Assembly (NCBI RefSeq): GCF_036321535.1
Contig: NC_087437.1
Span: 31,374,001 to 31,438,000 of the forward strand
Length of the DNA stretch: 64,000 bases
Direction: 5' to 3'
Origin: Camelus dromedarius
Taxonomy: Eukaryota
Shown here: positions 63,211 to 64,000 of the stretch, piece by piece
Numbering within the stretch: the stretch's first letter is position 1
Layout: the number at the start of each line of letters is the position of its first letter
The notes under the pieces: generated by a model
Seen by the model: only the letters and a program-made list of their open reading frames with translations
The model's database searches: none
What the model was told of the DNA's origin: nothing
Program-made: the position numbers and the translations under genes

Positions 63211-64000
63211 ATAGTTTAATACATTTAATTTAAATAAAAATAAATCTAGTGAAAGAAAAAATAAGTAAATAATAGCAGAGTCATACCTGAATATAGCAAA
63301 AAAAAAAAATTGATAAAGGTCATATTTTAATGCCCAAAGTGTGGGAAACGCTGGCTTAGCTGGTTATTGCTAGTATCCAGGCAACAATTCCTACAAGATT
63401 CTCTAATGACAGCCATTTTCCTGAACTTCTTTGATAATTCTAAGAGTTCTCCCATTGACTCTTCAACAGGGATTTCTCTGCTCCCTGGTATTCAAGCCTA
63501 GTTACAGGGCTTCATAGTTTTCAAAGTTATTGTACATCTATGATTACGACAGAGCTTGGAGGAACTCACCTCTGAAAGGTGAGGTCTGAAATCCTGAAGC
63601 AAACCAGAGCTATCCCAGCCTCCATCAGTGATCCAACCATGTGCCAAGACCAGGGTACCAGAGAAAGGACAAATAATCACAGATAAATTGTCTCGAAGGC
63701 ACACCCAGGCACAATCTCCTCCACCCCAGCACCTGTTTTTCTGGATTGGCATTATCAATGAGCAGACCAGAGAGCTGTGGTGTGATTCCAGATGTGCTAA
63801 GAGAATCTCCATGAACAGGTTATAGTTCTTCTGGTCCAAAAGCACAGAGTTTGGAAGATGCTTTGCGACCCAGCTGAATAAACTGGGCAAAACTACCTAT
63901 TTATTTATTTATTTTTTTTAAGCAAGTATACACATGTGGTGAAAAAAAATAAATGAAACAGTATGAGGGTAAAGTTTAAAAGTTTAAAACAGGGATGTAT

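Overview
Mammalian genomic DNA, probably camelid: six to seven copies of a tRNA-Ala-derived SINE resemble the camelid Vic-1 family. The left 27.5 kb holds the 3' half of KCNAB1 (Kv-beta1, aldo-keto reductase fold) on the + strand. Six coding exons (5811-5896, 6562-6682, 7759-7853, 15294-15414, 21355-21443, 25580-25669) splice in frame to give [13 protein letters not shown]...[11 protein letters not shown], followed by a ~1.7 kb 3' UTR with two AATAAA signals. The last intron has a non-canonical GC donor. A 200-N assembly gap (27521-27720) follows, where SSR3 lies in human and mouse; I saw no SSR3 exons. The remaining ~36 kb is repeat-rich sequence (L1, L2, MIR, MaLR/ERV LTRs, hAT MITEs, SINEs) with a small CpG-rich promoter-like patch at ~29.3-29.5 kb and no protein-coding gene I recognise. 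I found no convincing new biological system. The best leads concern splicing (GC-AG last intron, G-runs after a weak donor), assembly or synteny, and retrotransposon architecture. Repeat family names come from recalled consensus similarity, not database searches, and most repeat boundaries are approximate.
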